Of a stretch of DNA of 64,000 bases, positions 1 to 19,983 are shown piece after piece. The position numbers and the translations under genes were made by a program. The notes under the pieces were generated by a model. That model had not been told where the DNA came from. It searched no databases and saw only the letters and a program-made list of their open reading frames with translations. The stretch lies in the NCBI RefSeq assembly GCF_009914755.1, contig NC_060930.1; one strand, written 5' to 3'. Positions within the stretch are counted from its first letter, which is position 1; the number at the start of each line of letters is the position of its first letter. The stretch comes from the human T2T-CHM13v2.0 reference genome, Homo sapiens.

Positions 1-196
1 TCATCAGGGAAATGCAAATCAAAACTACAATGAGATATTAGCGCACACCTGTTAGGATGTTTATAATTTTTAAAAAAGACAACACGTGTTGGCAAGGATA
101 TGAAGAAATTGGAACCCTTGTACACTGTTTAGTAGTGATGCAAAATGATGCAGCTACTATGGAAAACAGTCTGGAAATTCCTAAAAAAAATTAAAG
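1..196 (+). mobile_element. L1M ORF2 3' fragment (runs off window start)
   Basis: tcatcagggaaatgcaaatcaaaactacaatgagata... is the typical L1 ORF2 C-terminal sequence; the translation LLWKTVWKFLKK matches L1 ORF2. Confidence 0.85.
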
Positions 197-829
197 ATGC
201 TTCTTTTTTACAGTTTCGGTCTACCTGTTTTAATAATTCTGCCGCACATGCTATATATCTTTTGTTGTCTTGTTTTATTTTTGAGGTGTCTGAGCTGGTC
301 AGTTTTGTAGCTATTTTGGTCTATGAGTTCCTGTTCCAGAGAGTGTTTTGAGGAAGGGCCAAGGACTTAGTGCAATTTCTACTTAAATTTTAGGAGAGAG
401 GATGAGTCCAGGGACCAGAACCCAATATACCACAAAGTATTTGTTGATAACTGCACTTTGTTGCCTGGTCACCAGCAAATGCCACTAATGAAGGGTGACT
501 TTAAGCTGTTACGAAGTAGCAGCATTAGGAGGAGTATATTCACCTAGACTGCCGCTTTGTAGATATGAGTCTTTAGAATAGAGGACTGGATGGCTAAAGA
601 CCTTTGGTTATGCCACACTGCCCTTTCCTAGTCTTCACCTCTGGAGGGCTTTTGTGCTTTACTAATATTACCCACCCCCCTCTTTATCCCTGTAATTAGT
701 ATATGTTAAAAATAATCTACATAAAAAGCAAAATAAGGACATACCTTGTGAATCCCCAAACTGGGTGTAAAAGCCTGTAAACCTTACTTTACATCTTAAT
801 TTAAACAATAAATTGTTTTTAAAAACTGT

Positions 830-1175
830 AACTTATGAGGCAATTTGAAATTGGAACACACTATATATTAAAATCTTAAGGAATTATTGTTAATTTTAGG
901 TATAAGAATGACATCATAGTTATGTTAAATAAAAAGTCCACAATGTTTAAATATACTTATTTAAGATATTCACCAATCTTTGTCATTTAAAGATTAAATA
1001 ATATGAGTTTTTAAAAATAATATAGGAGGAGACAGAAGTTGCAGTATAGACAAAATGACATTGGTCACGAGTTGAAAATTGCTAAAAGCTAGAAAAGGGT
1101 ACACGAAGGTTCATTTTACTCCTCTGTCTAGTTTTGTTTACATGTGAGTTTTTCATAATAAAAAGTTACAAAAAC
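830..1175 (+). mobile_element. Old L1M (L1MC/ME-like) 3' UTR fragment
   Basis: aaggaattattgttaatttt...ttttcataataaaaagtt matches the L1MC/ME 3' terminus; a similar end is seen at about 9780-10040. Confidence 0.6.
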
Positions 1176-1250
1176 TAGATGTAGAAAATTTACCCTGATA
1201 TTTTCTTCTATCCACATAGTTTATTACTGATGTTAAGAACGAAAAAATAG

Positions 1251-1600
<350 letters not shown>

Positions 1601-1887
1601 TCATTAAGATTATTTCAAGATACACCCTTTCTAATTCTAATTTTTTTTTTAATTTTTTATTGCTTCAACAAGGATTTATAGAAATCCATCTCTGTTTCTA
1701 GCATTGACGCTAAGATTACACATTTATACTCATTCAAACAACAAACATCAATGAGTAGCTTGCTATACTTATGTCATAGTGAAATATAAAATAGGAACAC
1801 AAGTATTCTTGAGGATATGCTATTTATTTCCTTTTTTTCCTTTTTATTATCTGAGTTTTGGAAATGTCAAATATATTTTATGTTATT

Positions 1888-2444
<557 letters not shown>

Positions 2445-2862
2445 ATTTAGAGGCATCTTTATGTGTTAAACTACATTGCTGAGATAGAGAAAATTTGGAT
2501 AAAGAGAAGTACTTGATTAAATAGCTGAGATTCAGTTCCCTAGGAAAATAAGGAGATACACTATATTATGCAATATCATATACATTTGAAATGTTATATG
2601 TATCATATGCTAAAGTAAGTCCATGCATCTATCCCCAAATGAATAAGTAAACTAATACTAAACTAAGAACTTCCACAATAACAGCTATTTTGCTCTGCCC
2701 CAAAATTCCCCCATAAACATAGCACTGGACAATTTTAAACAGAATTTTCATGTGGTTTCTAAGTTTTTAATGATGAATTTTTCTATCTACATATTACTGT
2801 CTAGGAAAACAAAAATATAGTTTATTTATCTAAAAGGGTACTATATTTCCAGGATTGCTTAC

Positions 2863-2926
2863 CTTGGACACAGCAGGGTCTAGTCCATTATGTGTACAGC
2901 ATTTCATTATACTTGCAAAATTGTAA
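2863..2926 (-). other. Candidate spliced exon (64 nt)
   Basis: On the minus strand: ttgtctttccatag|TTACAA...TCCAAG|gtaagc. One frame reads YNFASIMKCCTHNGLDPAVSK without a stop. Product not recognised. Confidence 0.35.
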
Positions 2927-4272
2927 CTATGGAAAGACAATATGATATTATTTTAGTGTTGATATTAATAGAATTGTTCATAATGCAGTTGTTATTAATG
3001 ATTCAATGTTATAAAAAGAATCCTTAATTATTAATGGCATTGATATGACATTATTAATTTTGATACTAAAAAGAACATTTCATTATTCCAGATGCAATTA
3101 TATTGTTAGACACAAGTTATTGCTAATAGATTATACTTTCTGCAGTCTTGTTTTGGCACATGGTAATTAGCTGTAGGTTTATATAGCTGAATAAAAAACT
3201 GACATTGGGATTTTATTTCAGGGTAGTAGAGGTTCAGAGCAGTAACTCAGCGGAATAGGGCCAGGTCAGAAAAATTGTTGGCCAAACTTTTTTCAGCCCA
3301 TGTCTGTCTGCTCAGGATGATGTCTCAGTCCTATACTTGAAGGGAGAGCACAGCTGACAGTACTAGTATGTAAAGATTTGGCTGGTGAAGGGGCTTCTTT
3401 CAGGTCATATTTTCTACACAGTAAATCAACACAGAAGTCTCTCTTCTGTTCAGCATTGGTTATTAAGATGTGATATTATCTTGTGATTTATATCATGTTG
3501 TCACAATGCATTTCATTTTGCTTTGTTTCAGTAATACAATGAATTCTTTCATAATTTCTTTCAATTTGCCTCAGGAGTTGTTATATACTCCAGGCTTTTA
3601 TTTCTTTATATTCTCTTCAGCTTTATTAATACAAGTGAAGAAAGTATATCCCTCCATAATTGCTTATAGCCTGTACAATGCAATACAGCATATTACCTCA
3701 TTTTAGATAATACTTTTGTAGTGGCATGATATTCTAACACTTAAAAGCTGTGTGTAGAAGCAAATAGCTTTGCAAATTACTTTATAATCTTGGTCAACTT
3801 CAACTGGTTATTCCCACAAAACACTTTAGTCTTTGTCCTTTAACAACTACCCTGCACTTTAAAAATCCTCAGGCACAACTTGAAGGGCAGTTGAGCAGAA
3901 ACATTAATAGAAGTGCTGAAATATTCTCAGGCCAATCCTAGAGCAGGATTTCCAAAGGCCTCTCACACTCTCTTCATGCCTCCATCCCCTCTTGACCTCA
4001 GCACATAGAAACACACTTGCTTGGAGCTGTTACACCTGTCATGCTCTGGTGCCTGGAGTTAAAGAAATAAGGTGCTGGTCTGATACTGACACAAGGCAGG
4101 TTGAATTTGTGTTTATATGCTTAGAAAACTACTTCTTTTAAGTAGTTGGTGACTTCTTGCCTTTTTTATATCTGTTGGTAATCAGAAACTTATCATGAGA
4201 GGAAATTGCAGTGGGTAAGAAACTGTAGTAGAGTCCCGTGTAAGTAAACTTTGAAGTACTTTGCATATTTTT

Positions 4273-4351
4273 TTCTCAAGATAAAAATATTACTATACAA
4301 GTTAATGATTTATTCTCAAGATAAAAATATTACTATTGAATTTAATGATTT
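4273..4351. repeat. 40-bp tandem duplication
   Basis: ttctcaagataaaaatattactat...ttaatgattt occurs at 4273 and 4313. Confidence 0.9.
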
Positions 4352-4388
4352 TTAAACTTTCCTAAAAGTTAGGATAAAAGAACAATGA

Positions 4389-4740
<352 letters not shown>

Positions 4741-7545
4741 TTATAACATTTGTAATACACTTCCAAATAGTAAAACATAAAGAGTCTAAAATAATGTTTA
4801 AGCCATACTATAGGGGCAAGTAGTTGTCTGATCAGGAAATCTCCCACCAAGGGTGGCCACTTAGCATTCAATACAAAAAAGCACTATCCAAAGGTAGCTA
4901 TTAAAAGTTCTTTAGTTATCTTTATCTTTCATCAAAACCAGATGCTTTGCTCATTTTTGTAGTGCCTAAGGTAGAAATAGGCTTTAACCGCTAATATTGG
5001 TGACTTGTTAATTAGAATAAAGGATATCCTAAATGGCATTGCCGAAATCAGTATATTCAATATAGATGCATTTGCTGGAGTATTGTAGACAATTCTCTAT
5101 CCTCACATCGTGAAATAAAAAAGTCCATGGATCCTGGCCTTTGTCCTTGGGAATAGAATTGTGGACTTCTCAAGTTTTCCAGATGATATTTGGTCATGTG
5201 ACTCAGAGAGTTAGCTAAATTTGGCTACTACAATAGTATTGCATTTGCCTTAGGTAAATTTTTTCTGCAAGGGTTTTTCGGAGTTTCAGAGAGAACAGAA
5301 CATCAAACTTGTGGAACTATTTTATGAATTCTTATTAATGAATATTCTAGTAGCAAGTTGTGGGGAACAGTTAACCTCTACCTATCTTAAATTTCCTGTG
5401 GATTTCAACATATATTAAAAAGAACCTAATAAGTTTGTATAACCAAATTATCTTAGGTCAGTTCATAATAAGAGTCAAAGTGGAAAAATAAAATTCAAAA
5501 TAATCTAGAATTCATTGTATTTAGGATAAGCAGTTTGTTAAATCTTCATCTTTTCCACTTATTTTTTGGGTGAAATGAGTCTATTCTAGAACTATGATTT
5601 AGATTTAGATTTAGAATAACTCCACAGATCCCTTCTTTTAGCTGACATTTTTCTCAGCTACAGTCAATTTTGTTTCACTTTCCATCTTTTTGGTATGCTC
5701 TTGGCCACAGCTATGCTAATGGATCCAACTGGTTGAAAGTCAGGGGTCTTGTAATTTGTGTCCTCCTAAGGGCAAAGGAGAAAGTCTGCTTTATTATAAC
5801 AAAAAGCCAAAGTTATCTAATAAGCAGCATTATGCTTGGGAAGTTGTAATTATGATTATAGAATTATTCAATTTAGGTTCCTACATCTGTGTTTCCTATA
5901 TCAAATAATCAAAATATGCATTCTTATTTTACATTACTATTGCATTGTATTTCCCAAGTGATTTACATTTATAAATTAGCTTCTGCATGTGAGAGTTTGA
6001 TGTGAAATGAGGGTAGTGATGGTCTTCCCTTACTTTCATGGGGAGGTTATTAAAAGGTTAAAACATGATATGCTGTTATATTATCAGTTTTTTTCTGATT
6101 GATTATTCACCTAGATTTCCACTTGCAAATTTCATTCACTACTAAACTAGATAAAATGGTTTGAGGATTACATAACACCAGTGCAACTACAAACAAGTAA
6201 TTACAAAAATGAAATCATTTATTTTATTGTGAATCAATCTCTCAACTTGGTAAGCAGTTTGTATATTCCCAATGACCAGCATCATTTTTACTGGAAAACG
6301 AAAGGGTAACTTGCCCAGAGCCACTTTGGGTCTAAGCCAGAATTGAAAATTGTAGCACTTTCTATAAAAAAGGAGGAAAAAGTATAAAAGCTCAATAGAA
6401 AATGGACAAAAGATATGAATTGATCATTGACAGAAAAATGGTCCTTTAACATATGAAAAGATGCTCATCCTCAGTATAATAAGAGAAATGCAAATTAAAG
6501 TTACACTGAGCTATCATTTCTCACTTATCAGATAGACAAAAATAAAAATTGTACAATGTACTCTCTTGGGGAGGCCATGGAGAAGTAAGCACTCACACAT
6601 TGTTGGCGGGAGATTAAATAGTATAACACCTATGGGAAATTTGGCAATTGCATATATATATGTGCATATATGCATATGTATGTATGTATATGTAAGCACT
6701 ATGCATATATATGTACATATTTATATATATATATAGTATGGAATGATCTACAGGATAAATTGTTAAGAGAAAATGTATGCCTCATTTTGTGTAAGAAAGT
6801 AGAAGACATATGAATATATATATAAATATTTGCTTATATTCTCAAGAATAAGCAAGAGATGGATAAACCACAAACTAATCAAGATAATTACCTATAAAAG
6901 AAGGTAAGGAAGAGGATAAGAGGGATGAAGATAGAAGCAAGACATCTATCAATGCACCTTGTTACATAGTTTTGAGTTTGAAATTGTATAAATGTATAGT
7001 ATACTTTTAAAATAGCAAAGTAAAAGGGATTCCTAAGAACTGAAAACAAACTAAAACAAATGAATCCAACTATATATAAGGTTGCTATTTTAACTACACA
7101 AAGAAGGGGATTACTGAAACTGACTTTAAAATAGTATTTTGTTTGCACGTCCCTTGTAAAACCTAATCTAATAGGAAGCTCAGAAAGGAAGAGCAAAGAT
7201 ATGTTAAACTACATTTCTTTGATTATTGTTAATTATAATAATGGCTTTGTTATTTTGGCACTATTAAAATATAGAGCAAATGAACAATTACATTAATATT
7301 AGGAATCAAGATTTTTGAGTAATAGAAAAGACGTAAATTTTTAAAATCAAAGAAGTTGGCCAAAAAACTGTGATCTCTAACTTAAATCCAAATATCAGTA
7401 CAGTCTCCTGGTTTGTTTCCATGTTTTTAAAAATATGTATATTTGTGGTTCAGCCTGAAAAAAGGTATAGGAACAAGGATAAAGCACCTATAGTGCTATT
7501 CTTTTTAGTGACGAGGTTAAGGTTTCCAAATTATATTTACCATGA

Positions 7546-8212
<667 letters not shown>

Positions 8213-8909
8213 TGATCGATGTACAAACTGAGCTTGGGACAACTTGTTCCAGAAGGCAAATACATGCTCAAAGACTACAGGCATCATGTCAAAAGGACGT
8301 AAAAGCCATTTGAAGAGTTTTCTTCTGCCTTACAAGACAAGGCAAGAAGAAAAATGACTAAAATTGAAATAGCAAATACATAAAAATTCATGAAATCATA
8401 TCTACTAAAAGCATTAAAAATAATTGATCCCATTAGAAGTTGATAGTACATGAATTTATTCTCTTAATCTTAAAACTAAAGAGAAAAAAATCTAGCTGTT
8501 GGCCTACCTTTCCTATACATTGTATTTCAGGATAGGCAAATAGTCAATGTGAGATAGTTCTTCTTTATGGAATAATTCAGTCAATAAATGCAGAATAAAA
8601 CATAGGGATGAGAAATTATTATATTTTTATCTTTAATGAAATAATGGAGGCAGGACTTGATCATCAATGAAGGCTAAATCCACTGGGTGAAAAACTCATG
8701 TGTTACTTGGTAATAGCTAAAAGTCTATGAACCCACTGCTCAATCCTATCACCACTAAAAATGGAAACACTGAATATTATGTAGCTCATAATAGGACATG
8801 ATAAAATGTACATAGTATCACTTATTTTTTTTCTTTTTCTCCCAGCTTAAACCTGAATCTAATTAAATCTCTAAATCCTACTACTAGTTAATAGGAATTA
8901 GGAGTTAGA

Positions 8910-9077
8910 GAGTATTTCTCAACTTTTTCTCCATTACACCCTCCCAAGAAGCATTTTTAGGCATTTTTTTTTCCTCATGGCTTCACCTGTTCTCTTTATA
9001 TAAGATGGCTCTCCATATACTGTGGCCCTTTGGATTTTCCCCTGGTGGGCGTACATCACCCCCTTTGAGAATGCATC
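8910..9077 (-). mobile_element. hAT-Charlie MITE (MER112-like)
   Basis: Termini agtatttctcaac...ttgagaatgcat; internal tgtggccctttgga. Confidence 0.5.
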
Positions 9078-9238
9078 AGTTAGAAGAACAAATGAAATGA
9101 CATCACAAGTAAGGAATCAATCAAATATGTAATCTACAACTATTTCTCCCAAGAAAGCAATAAAATAAAATTAAAAACCAAAGAGAGAGGGGCACTGATT
9201 AAAAAAAAAAAAAAGACATTAAAGAAACATATCATCTT

Positions 9239-9510
9239 GGTTGGGTGCGGTGGCTCATGCCTGTTATCCCAGCACTTTAGGAGGCCGAGGCAGGTGGATC
9301 ACTTGAGTTCAGGAGTTCAAGATAAGGGTGGCCAACTTGGTGAAATCTAATCTCTACTAAAAATACAAAAATCAGCCAGGTGTGGTGGTGCATGCCCGTA
9401 ATCTCAGCTACTTGGGAAGCTGAGGCAGGAGAATCTCTTGAACCCAGGAGGCAGAGGTTTCAGTGAGCTGAGATTGCCCCACTGCAATCCAGCCTGGGCA
9501 ACAGAGTGAG
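9239..9510 (+). mobile_element. AluS/J lacking its last about 10 nt
   Basis: Dimer ends at acagagtgag and runs directly into a microsatellite. Confidence 0.9.
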
Positions 9511-9531
9511 AAAAAAAGAAAGAAAGAAAGA

Positions 9532-9562
<31 letters not shown>

Positions 9563-9598
9563 AAGAGAGAAAGAAAGAAAGAGAGAGAAAGAAAGAAA

Positions 9599-9651
<53 letters not shown>

Positions 9652-9663
9652 GAAAGAAAGAAG
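9511..9663 (+). repeat. Compound (AAAG)n/(AG)n microsatellite from an Alu tail
   Basis: Directly visible. Confidence 0.97.
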
Positions 9664-10035
9664 ACCTCTAAAAGCAATGTATAAATATATGAAACTTTTT
9701 TGGATTCATGATTCAAACAAATTATTTGTGAACAGACATCTTTGTGACAATCAGAGAAATTTGAGTAAGGACTGAGCATTAGATGATATTAAGAAATTCT
9801 TGTAATTTTGGTGAGGTGTGATAATGACATGATGGATTAGGGGAAAATGCCCTTATCAGCAGAGATGCATAATGGGGTTTTAATGGTATGATATCTCAGA
9901 TTTGCTTCAAGAAACTCCAGAAGAAGAAGAAAGATGGGATGTAGTTAAAATGAAATTGGAAAAATACTATAAATTCTGTGAAACTAGGTGGTTGGTAAAT
10001 GAGGTTTATTAAAATTTTTATTATTTTGTATATCT

Positions 10036-13834
<3,799 letters not shown>

Positions 13835-14923
13835 TTATATAATTCAATAGCAATGATTCATGTAATCTATTGGGGAATCATACCACTTTGAAAAATTTGG
13901 ACCACTTGCTTATTTAAAAATAATCTTTTCACATGATGGAGAAATGAAATGTAAAAAAAGCCACTCATCTTGGCAACGATATTCATGGGACTGACATTGA
14001 TAGAATTCCAAAGACAAAAATATATTTTTTTCATTCATGGTCATATGGAAAACCCTGCATTCACTATTTTTGGATTCCTAAAGAGTGACATGTGATAACT
14101 ATGACTCCAGTTTCTTTACTCTGCATCAATCTTCTCTTTCTTTTTAATGTATTTTCAGTGGGGAAAGATAAAGAAACTGAAAAATGGGGAATTGTGATAT
14201 TTCCAATATTTGCCTGAGAAACGCCGTGGCCTCAGGTCAAAGTAACTAGCCAAATGATGTTCTCCCTTCACTATTGATAAACTGGTTGGCAGTGAAAATA
14301 TTCCACTCATTTCGAACATACTGGTTTGTATATTAGATGCCAAAAATAAATTTGTTTGAATATTCTTATGATAAAATTAAATAATCTTGTTGCTAATATG
14401 TAATATAGGCCTAAGTTGCTGATTCCACAAAAATTCTCAGGAGAATTGATGTTTGGCATAATAAAATATTTCAAAAGAATTAATTTTTGGCATACATCTG
14501 TGTGGTTAAATGCCCAGTCTTTGTTCCATTCAAACTTCCAACAAGAATGTTACTGTTTTTCCTTTTACGTTCAGTAACATTTGGCTTTTGCCATTTCTTT
14601 TTCAGAAGAACAAAGTGTTCTGCTGAAAAGAATTAAAAGCCATGACCCCATTAGGTGTTTATTATTGTTGTTGGTGGTGGTGTCAATGTATAGCAATTCT
14701 AGCTATACCTCCAATACTTTCCAGTGATATCAGAAAACAATAATGACAGAATTTTCTAAAGCTGAAAGTGAAGCATATATCTCAAATGAGGAGAGGGTTT
14801 GATATATTTCAAGATCTTGTACTAAACCAAGGTTGATTTTATAACCTGCATATCACAGACAGATGAATAACAGAAACTTGCCCAATTGAAAACAAAATGT
14901 TGAACTGTTTTAAGTTCTGTTGA

Positions 14924-15293
<370 letters not shown>

Positions 15294-16113
15294 TAGTAAG
15301 TCTGTAGTTGTGAACAGGTTTAAAACAGCACTTTATCAGACTAACTTCATATTAGCTTATGAAATATTACCATTTCTATTATTTCCCCTTATTATGACAG
15401 CTAAGTTTTGACAAAAATAGAATTCCCAGGAAGATGAAAGGAATTTTTTTTTCTTCCAGTAAAACCAAATTGCAAATAAAACAAGGTACTTTTCAGCAAT
15501 GGTATTAATATTGACTTTTAAATTAAAACTATCTCAAAATACTTAATCCTGATTTACAGTTTTTCAGCTAAGCTACAAGTGTCTAAATTGTGGGGCTGAT
15601 TTATATCTAATTAGAAAAACAGGTATTTTTAATAGAAAAGCAAAATTAAAACTGAAGATAAAGAATTCTACATATTTCGACTGTTTTCAGCCCCTCACAT
15701 TGATTAAGACTTGACTCAGGTATAATCTTAATGAAGGCAATAGATGTGTTTCCAAGGCAGATGAGCAAGGAGAGGGAGTTAGAAACTGTCTGGCATGTGT
15801 GATATGCAGATTTCTTACACTAAGTAAAATATAGAAGACCCAGAAATATTTTCAATAGAGGAATATTTTTAATAAGTGACTCCATTATAAATTTGGAAAC
15901 AGTTATTTAATATTGAATTTAAAAGCTTAAAAGTCACTATTCTCACTTACTATGGGACACTTGACTCTTTATATAATTCAACGCAGAAATTTTTTAGCCT
16001 TTATATATGTTCAAGATTGTCTTGGTTGTTGGATAATTAAAAAAGAAAAATGAGTTTGTGCAAATATTTTTGACCCATCCTGTCTCAAGAAGTTAACCAA
16101 AAAAGCATATTTC

Positions 16114-16366
16114 AATCATTTATCAAATATATGATTTGTATTTTTTTACATTTTATGGGTTGCCTTCTTACGCTGTTGATAGCATCTTTTTTGATGCGCA
16201 AAATTTTAAAATTTTCATGAATCCCAATTTGTCTATTTTTTTCTTTTGTTGCCTGTGCCTTTAGTATCGTATTCAAAAAGTCACTGCCCAAGCAAATGTT
16301 ATAAAATATTTTCTCTGTTTTCTTTTAAAAATCTAATAGTTTTTGGTCTAACATTTAGGCCTTTGA
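16114..16366 (-). mobile_element. Inverted 5' segment of an L1MB-like element
   Basis: Reverse complement reads atcaaaggcctaaatgttagacc...tttgataaatgatt, the ORF2 segment immediately upstream of the adjacent sense piece. Confidence 0.85.
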
Positions 16367-17272
16367 TATCCAGAATATATAAAGAACCCCTAAAACTCAA
16401 CAACAAAAAAGAAAACAATCCAATTCAAAAATGGGCAAAGGGCTTGAATAGACATTTCTCCAAAGAATATATACAAATGGCAGGTAAACACATGAAAAAA
16501 TGCTCAATATCACCACTTATTAGCAAAATGCAAATCAATAATAAAGTTAGATACCACGTCATACTCATTTGTATGGCTAAAAAAATACAGACAATAACAA
16601 GCATTGACAATAATTTGGAGAAATTAGAATCCTTATGCCCTGTCAGTGGGAATATAAATGGTATGGCTGCTGTGGGAACAGTATGACTTTTCCTCAAAAA
16701 GTTAAAAATAGAATTACTGTATAATCCAGCAGTTCCACTTCTGGGTATATGCCCCCCAAAATTGAAAGCAGAGTATTTGAAAAAATACTGTTCAACCATA
16801 TTCACAGCAGCATTATTCACAATAGCTAAAACAACCTAATTGTCCCTAACAAATGAATGAATAAGCAAAATGTGTTATATACATACAACGAAATATTATT
16901 AAATCTTAAGAAAGGAAAATTCTGCAATACACAACATCTGTGAATCTTGAGGACATTGTGCTAATAATATAAACTAGTGACAAAGAGACAAATACAGTAT
17001 GATTCCACTCATAAGTGATACTTAGAGTCATCACAGTAATCAAGACAAAAAATAGCATAATGATAGCAAGGGGGTGAGGGGAGGGAGGAATGGGGAGTTA
17101 TTGCTTAGTGGATGTAGAGTTTCAGTTTTACAAGATGAAGAGTTATGGATGGATGGTGGTAATAGCTGTACAATATTGTGAATTTCTGTAATACCACTGA
17201 ACTGTATACTTACAAATGGTTATAATGGTAAATTTTGTTTTATGTGTCTTCTACCATAGTAAAAAAAATAAA
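16367..17272 (+). mobile_element. L1MB-like 3' end
   Basis: atccagaatatataaagaac... (translation [23 protein letters not shown]); 3' UTR ataccactgaactgtatactt...aatggtaaatttt. Confidence 0.88.
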
Positions 17273-17439
17273 GGGTTCATGTAGATGTTATGAGCTACAA
17301 ATGAAGCTGGAGATGGAAATTAGCTAAAGAGAAGTATATTTTCACTGGGCTTTAAGAGTAGGTTTTTGCCAATAAACCTTCTCTTCTGAAAAAAAGGTGT
17401 GAATGCAGGTGGGCAAGAGGTTTGGGCTGGGAGCACAAA

Positions 17440-18125
17440 CTCATGAAAGTGTAGAAAGGCATGGAAGTCAGCATATCTACTTGTTTAGGGAACAGTGAAC
17501 AGATCCGAGTGGCTGGAATATGAAATTTATGAAGAGCTAATGTTAGAAAGATAGCTTATGGAAAGACTATGAATGATCTCAAAAGCTTATTGAATTTTTA
17601 TTTAAGAAGTGAAAAATCATTGAATAGGGAATGTGATGACTAAATACACAGTTTAAAAGTGAGATTTCAGAGGCAAAGAGAAGTGAGAATTGAAGAGTTA
17701 ATAAATTGAGTGTGGAGAATTACTCAAAAGACTACCGCAGTTGTGCCTGTATGGGAAAATAACAGTGGGCATGGAAAAGGGAAGACAGAAATAGAAGGAA
17801 GACATTGTTGAAACTGAATTGACAGGGCTTTGCAAATGATAAGAAAAGTGAATGGAAGGGAGAAATGGGAAATGAGAAAAAATGGCAACATTTTTAAATG
17901 GGAAATAGAAACATAGGATTGGGAGGAAAGAATTTGGACAGGATCAACAATATGGGTTCCCTCTGAGGCCTAATGAGTTTGATATGTTATAGAACATATA
18001 GAATATGCACATATAATTATTTTCAATGTAATTAGAAGTGTAGATCTTAGGAGAATGATAAGAACCAAAGACATATATGTGAAAATTAGTGGTGACTGGA
18101 GGTTGGTTGAGGTCATGGGAATGGC
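17440..18125 (-). mobile_element. L2 fragment
   Basis: Purine-rich antisense L2 motifs (gagtggctggaata; gaattgacagggcttt). Confidence 0.6.
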
Positions 18126-18129
18126 AAAG

Positions 18130-18325
18130 TATGACCTGGACTGAAAGTCAGGAGGACTGAGTTTTACACCTGGTCTGCCAGCCACCAGGTAGGTTCTGGG
18201 TAAATTGCCTCCTCTCTGGGCCTCATCTTTACACATCTACAAAATGGCCTTGTTCTCTTTGTAGGGTTATAGTATCAATCACATAAGTATTTTGAAAGTT
18301 CTTTATAAAATACAAAGCACAATGT
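18130..18325 (+). mobile_element. MIR
   Basis: Core ctctctgggcctcatctttacacatctacaaaatgg. Confidence 0.75.
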
Positions 18326-18898
18326 AGACTCAGAGACTCAAAAATATTAAATGTTTGCCAGTCACAAGATGACTTATCCATTTAATATTTTATTCATTAT
18401 TATGTACAAATGAATATACTTTTTCATTTTGCTTTTCAGTTACGTTTATACTCTTTGAACTCACTTATCTTTCTCTACATGTATGATGTCTGTATTGTGC
18501 CATGTAACACTGAGAACATTCTAGTGGACAATAGAGGTAGGGTAATGTGAAATCCAAACTAAATACACATTGAATTTTTGCCCTTGGGAAGCTTTCAATT
18601 AAGCTAGAGCACCAGCATATGCACAGAAAGCATTGCAAGAAGTAGGCAGTGCAAAACTACCAAAAGAGGATGTATGTCCTGGGGGAATGCAGAGTAGAAA
18701 ACAGTCAGGTGGCTGGGAGTTTTAAATGAAAGCATTTAGGCAATGAATTATGTTCAGTCCAAATTGTAAAAGGGAGTGTGAGGCATGGATTCCTAGAGAG
18801 AATGAAAGAAGGTGCTCCAGGCATTTGTTACAGTCGATTTATTCAGGTAATAGCCATGCTAATGAAGACTGCTGTTACCCATAATCACTACTGTCTGC

Positions 18899-19246
18899 CA
18901 GCAGTTCCTGAACAGTGTGCACAGAAATCACTTGGAAGCTCAAAATCTTCACCAGGAGGTTCTAACTCAGGATATCTGAGAAATATACTAAAGCATATGT
19001 ATTTTTTTTACCCTCCCAGGTGATTTTGATGTGTCCAGATCCCTGGTTAGATACCACTATGCCAGTTATTTCCATTGTTGTTTGTACATTTACATTACTT
19101 CAAGACTTTAAAATTCCAAAACTCAACTTATACCTCAGAGTAAGTAAATCACACAATATCTGTGGGTGAGGGGAGAAGAAACATTCATTAGTAGTTTTTA
19201 AGTTCCCTGGGTGATTCCAATGCACAGATAAATATGGGAACCACTG
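18899..19246 (+). mobile_element. MER5-type (hAT-Charlie) fragments
   Basis: ctcccaggtgattttgatg...accact and ttccctgggtgattccaatg...gaaccactg termini. Confidence 0.55.
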
Positions 19247-19983
19247 CAATTTCCTCTCTCCCTTAATCCACTTCCTAGAAGGAGGAGAAACTCATGTGAG
19301 TAGAGGAAAAAATGAATTCCAAAAGCACATGTAAGCCAATGTGCTAAACAAAGAAGCTTCTGTTTGGAAAGGGGTAAACATTTCTGTAGAGAAATGTTTG
19401 AGATGCCATATTCCTTATATTCCTTATGGTATCTCAATATCTTGGCTCCTCCAGTTAAAAAAAATATTTTGTGTTGCTCTTCCTTCCTTGTGTTGCTCTT
19501 CCTTCACTTCTCTCCATATAGATAGTGCTACAGAAGTGGCCTGGGGGTTCATCCCACAAGGGAAATGTAATTCTCCCTCTCTTTCCTTTAGGACAACAGT
19601 CAGAAAAAGAATGGAGAAAAAAAGGAGTTATGAGGCATCTTACATAATTTTGATTGTGTATGGAAGATACATGTTATTTAATAAAGAAAAATCCTCCAAC
19701 ATAGAATATAAGCAGCTGGCCAGATATTAATGTGCTTGACCCAGCAACTTTCAGATGGGACTAACCACTAAATCTGCAGTATAAAACTGATGAGTTAAAG
19801 TCTTATTACACCATAAGTCTCGGGATTTTTTATTCTTTTGGCAAATGAGAAGTTTTCCCTGATTTGCTTCTTCTTGGAAAGAACCACTAGAACAATATTG
19901 TGTTTTCCATGCCTTTAGTGTAGCTTATGTGATTGCAGTTTCCTCTGAAGTGATGTGTTAGGAGATTTTGGAGCTCAATTCTC

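Noticed and set aside
9408-9779. Low-complexity ORFs (KERK or SFFL repeats); also 28911-29394
   Set aside because: These are reading frames through (AAAG)n microsatellites.
16246-16686. 146-aa ORF
   Set aside because: Read-through across the L1 inversion junction, with a non-ATG start.
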